DNA of 64,000 nt, from positions 80,616-144,615 of the forward strand of contig CAVZJB010000009.1 in assembly GCA_963775425.1 (NCBI GenBank), written 5' to 3'. This document shows positions 61,236 through 64,000 of this stretch, piece by piece. This DNA is from an uncultured delta proteobacterium. Lineage in GTDB: Bacteria > Myxococcota > UBA727 > VGSZ01. Position numbers and translations under genes: made by a program. The notes under the pieces were generated by a model. The model ran no database searches and had not been told where the DNA came from. It worked only from the letters and a program-made list of their open reading frames with translations. The first letter of the stretch is position 1. Each line of letters starts with the position of its first letter.

Positions 61236-62606
61236 ATGAAGCGTTACGCCAACATCGCCCTCACCGTCGTCGTCGTGGTCTTGGCGATCCTCGTCGGCTG
61301 GATGGTGGCGAGCAAGTTCGGCCTGGTGGCGCCGCCCATCAAGCAGTCGAAGATCGATCGGCTCATCCGAACCACCACCGGCAACCCCAAGCACAAAAAC
61401 GCCTACCTCTCCGTCGACGACCCCACCATCAAGGTCGACGACCTCGGCCCGCGCAAATGGAAGATCATCGACGTCCATGAGCACCTCAAGGGCGAGCCCG
61501 AGGCCAAGATGCTCCTCAAGGAGATGGACAAGCTCGGCATCCAGCGCACGTCGCTCATGGGGTCCACCACGTACACGCTGACGCTCAACCCCATCTACGG
61601 CTTCGAAGGGTGGAAGGACAACAACGAGTCCTTGTTGAAGGTGAAGAAGGCGCACCCGGGGCGCTTCGCGGTGTTCGTCACGTTCGATCCGTGTGACGAC
61701 GAGGACAAGGTCGCCCTCGTGAAGGACTACCTCGCTCGCGGCGCCGACGGCGTGAAGCTCTACCTCGGCCACGGCGCGCACACGCCCAAGTTCGCGTTTC
61801 ACTGCGAGCCCATCGACGCGCCCAACATGGAGCCGTTCTTCGCGTTCGCCGAGGACGCGCAGATCCCCATCGTCCTGCACGTGAACCTCGGGAAGTACTG
61901 GGACGAGATGCTCGACGTCCTCGAGAAGCACCCCTATCTGCGTGTGAACATGCCGCACTTCGGCCTGTCGAAGAACTCGGGCCAGAAGCTCAAGCGGCTC
62001 GCGTTCCTGCTCAACCGCTACCCGTACGCCTACACCGACGTGAGCTTCGGCTACTACACCTACCAGCTCGACGGGTACGAGAACCTGGCGATGTGGCGCT
62101 CGCGCAGCAAGGAGTGGCTCACGCAGGAGCGGGACAAGGTCATGTTCGCGTCGGACATGGTGCTCGAGCCGTCCAAGGACCAGCCGTACATCGAGAACAC
62201 CCTGCGCGCGTACATGCAGTTCCTCGAGAAGGAGCGCTGGCGTGTGTTCCTCGTGCCGTCCAAGACCATGCACGGCATGGGGCTCGACGACGAGACGCTG
62301 CACCACATCTACGAGGTCGCGCCGCACAACTTCCTGCTCATGGACGACAAGGGCAACCTGCCGGACCGCACCAAGGACCCGCGCGTCGAGGTGCCGCGCC
62401 CGCCCGTCCCGCCGCTCACGCCCGACATGATCCCGCCGTTGCGCTTGCCGCGCGGCGGCGCCGTGCCGGCGCACGGCGCGGCCGACGCCGGTGTCGCCGC
62501 CCCCGTCGACGCGGGCGCCCAGCAGGGCTCGAGCGAGCCCGAGGGCGACGACGAGGGCGAGATCGACGACGACGTCGGTGGAGGAGCCGGCGCGACGGCC
62601 GAGTGA
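61236..62606 (+). CDS. Membrane-anchored metal-dependent amidohydrolase (amidohydrolase_2 / TIM-barrel hydrolase)
   Basis: It has an N-terminal TM and an HxH metal motif (IIDVHEHL). Further His/Asp ligands are spaced as in amidohydrolase_2. The C-terminus is acidic low-complexity. Confidence 0.55.
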   Translation: MKRYANIALTVVVVVLAILVGWMVASKFGLVAPPIKQSKIDRLIRTTTGNPKHKNAYLSVDDPTIKVDDLGPRKWKIIDVHEHLKGEPEAKMLLKEMDKLGIQRTSLMGSTTYTLTLNPIYGFEGWKDNNESLLKVKKAHPGRFAVFVTFDPCDDEDKVALVKDYLARGADGVKLYLGHGAHTPKFAFHCEPIDAPNMEPFFAFAEDAQIPIVLHVNLGKYWDEMLDVLEKHPYLRVNMPHFGLSKNSGQKLKRLAFLLNRYPYAYTDVSFGYYTYQLDGYENLAMWRSRSKEWLTQERDKVMFASDMVLEPSKDQPYIENTLRAYMQFLEKERWRVFLVPSKTMHGMGLDDETLHHIYEVAPHNFLLMDDKGNLPDRTKDPRVEVPRPPVPPLTPDMIPPLRLPRGGAVPAHGAADAGVAAPVDAGAQQGSSEPEGDDEGEIDDDVGGGAGATAE

Positions 62607-62639
62607 CGGCGGCGGGGCCACACCCGCTGCCCGCGTCGT

Positions 62640-63992
62640 CTACTTGGGCAGGCCGATGGGCATGCCCGAGGGCGGCGGGCCCTGCTTGTCGTCGTCGCCG
62701 CCGAAGACCTCGGCCCACTTCACGCGCGCGGTGAGTTGCATCAGCACGAACAGCGTGAGGGTGGCGCCGACCGCGATGGACAGGCCCGTCTGCCCTTCGA
62801 CGAAGAACGCGCACGAAAAGAGCACGAGGAACACGAGCTGCGCCGCCGCCGCCTGGAGCCACGCCGCCTTGCTGCCCATCACGATGCGCAGGTAGCTCAC
62901 CACCAACGCGACGCTGGCGACGGCGGAGATGGCGAACGCGGTGGCGATGTCGACGACGTCGACGAGGTAGGCCAGCAGCAGGTGGAACGCGAAGAACCCG
63001 GCCGCGAGGAAGAAGTAGTTCATCGGGTGCAGGCTCTTGCCGCGCACCACCCCGAGGATCACCATCACGGTGAAGAAGAACAGCAGGCTCACGGGCGCGA
63101 AGAACGAGATGCGCGCCGCCACCGGTCCCGGGTTCAAGCGGCTCGGCAGCTCCACCGCGATGCGCTGGCCGGTGACGAGGTTGGCGAACTTCCACGTGAG
63201 GAGGGCGCCGTCGCCGGCGGCGGCCTTCGCCGACGGCGACATCGAGCCCGACGGGAAGTCCACGTCGGCGACGTTGGTGGAGAGCGCGAGCGCGAAGTCG
63301 CGCACCTGCGAGACGCCGTCGCCGAACACGTAGCTCCACGTGCCGATGCCGCGTGAGCGGTAGGCGACGTCGACGTCGACGGCGTCGCCGGGGTGGAGCT
63401 CGAGGCGCACCACGGCGCCGCGCGACAGATCCGTGACCGCCGGCGCCTCCTTGCCGTTCACCTTGAAGACGAAGCCGTCGTAGATGCCCTCGGTGGAGGG
63501 GAACGAGAAGCCGACCTCGGCGTCGCCGACGTCGTTGGTCTGGTTCTCGAAGCGATAGTGCCCGGCGAAGCCGACGCCGTAGGTGGGGAACCACAGCAGG
63601 CCCTTCCGGCGGTGCTGGAGATCGAGGGAGACGCGGACGTCGCTCTTCACGAGCGAGACGGATTCGCCGCGGGTGTTGCCCTGCACGAGCGACTCACGGA
63701 CGCGCTCGACGTGCTCGCCAACCTTCTTGCCCTTGTCGTCTCTGTCGACGACGTTGCGCGTGACGTCGTGGGTGACGAGCCACGCCTCCGGCGCCCGCTG
63801 CACGTGCTCACCGCCCCAGAGCCGCTCCACCTCGGCGCGCAGGGTGCCGTCGGCCTCGCCGCTGCGGTTGGTCACGGTAGCGCCGAGGATCATCCACGCG
63901 ACCGTCGTGCATACGAAGATGAACCCAATGGCGAACAGGCGGAGCGGTGTCACGCGAGCCTCCCTCACGTCGAGCGCGTGGTGTGGAGGCAC
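62640..63992 (-). CDS. CreD-like inner membrane protein (cell envelope integrity)
   Basis: The topology is one N-terminal TM, a ~250-aa periplasmic domain and 4–5 C-terminal TMs, at about 450 aa. This architecture and length fit the CreD family. Confidence 0.45.
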   Translation of the reverse strand: MPPHHALDVREARVTPLRLFAIGFIFVCTTVAWMILGATVTNRSGEADGTLRAEVERLWGGEHVQRAPEAWLVTHDVTRNVVDRDDKGKKVGEHVERVRESLVQGNTRGESVSLVKSDVRVSLDLQHRRKGLLWFPTYGVGFAGHYRFENQTNDVGDAEVGFSFPSTEGIYDGFVFKVNGKEAPAVTDLSRGAVVRLELHPGDAVDVDVAYRSRGIGTWSYVFGDGVSQVRDFALALSTNVADVDFPSGSMSPSAKAAAGDGALLTWKFANLVTGQRIAVELPSRLNPGPVAARISFFAPVSLLFFFTVMVILGVVRGKSLHPMNYFFLAAGFFAFHLLLAYLVDVVDIATAFAISAVASVALVVSYLRIVMGSKAAWLQAAAAQLVFLVLFSCAFFVEGQTGLSIAVGATLTLFVLMQLTARVKWAEVFGGDDDKQGPPPSGMPIGLPK

Positions 63993-64000
63993 AAAGCCGC

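Noticed and set aside
1-64000. CRISPR arrays, IS elements, integrases or prophage genes
   Set aside because: The only repeats seen are short in-gene low-complexity repeats, a microsatellite and a 17-bp tandem repeat. I found no regularly spaced direct repeats with unique spacers and no transposase- or integrase-like ORFs.

Overview
This 64-kb window is about 70% GC and gene-dense. It looks like chromosomal DNA from a Myxococcales-like deltaproteobacterium; that taxon is inferred from the gene content and not confirmed by any search. I found no rRNA, tRNA, CRISPR array, transposase or integrase.

Housekeeping and metabolic genes include the rplU–rpmA–obg operon, serS, a phospho-sugar mutase, a C-terminal processing protease, and a pyrimidine reductive-catabolism set (dihydropyrimidinase, NCS1 permease, preT, preA).

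Regulatory genes include a TetR–PilZ operon, a PAS histidine kinase with a response regulator, and a five-gene operon carrying an ECF sigma factor, its anti-sigma factor and a VWA lipoprotein.

The most notable feature is a secretin-less type III secretion-like export cluster on the minus strand (29.4–42.0 kb). It carries a two-FHA membrane protein, then sctN, an sctO/FliJ-like gene, an sctP/FliK-like gene, sctQ, a FliO-like gene, and sctR, sctS and sctT. It has no sctU, sctV or sctJ in the window. A TerC gene sits inside it, and a frameshifted opposite-strand membrane gene is wedged between sctN and sctO.

Many long Arg/Ser-rich ORFs in the supplied track are off-frame artifacts of the high GC content; I excluded them using GC3 periodicity and protein plausibility. 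Coordinates that I derived by hand (hairpins, motifs, frameshift sites) may be off by 1–2 nt.
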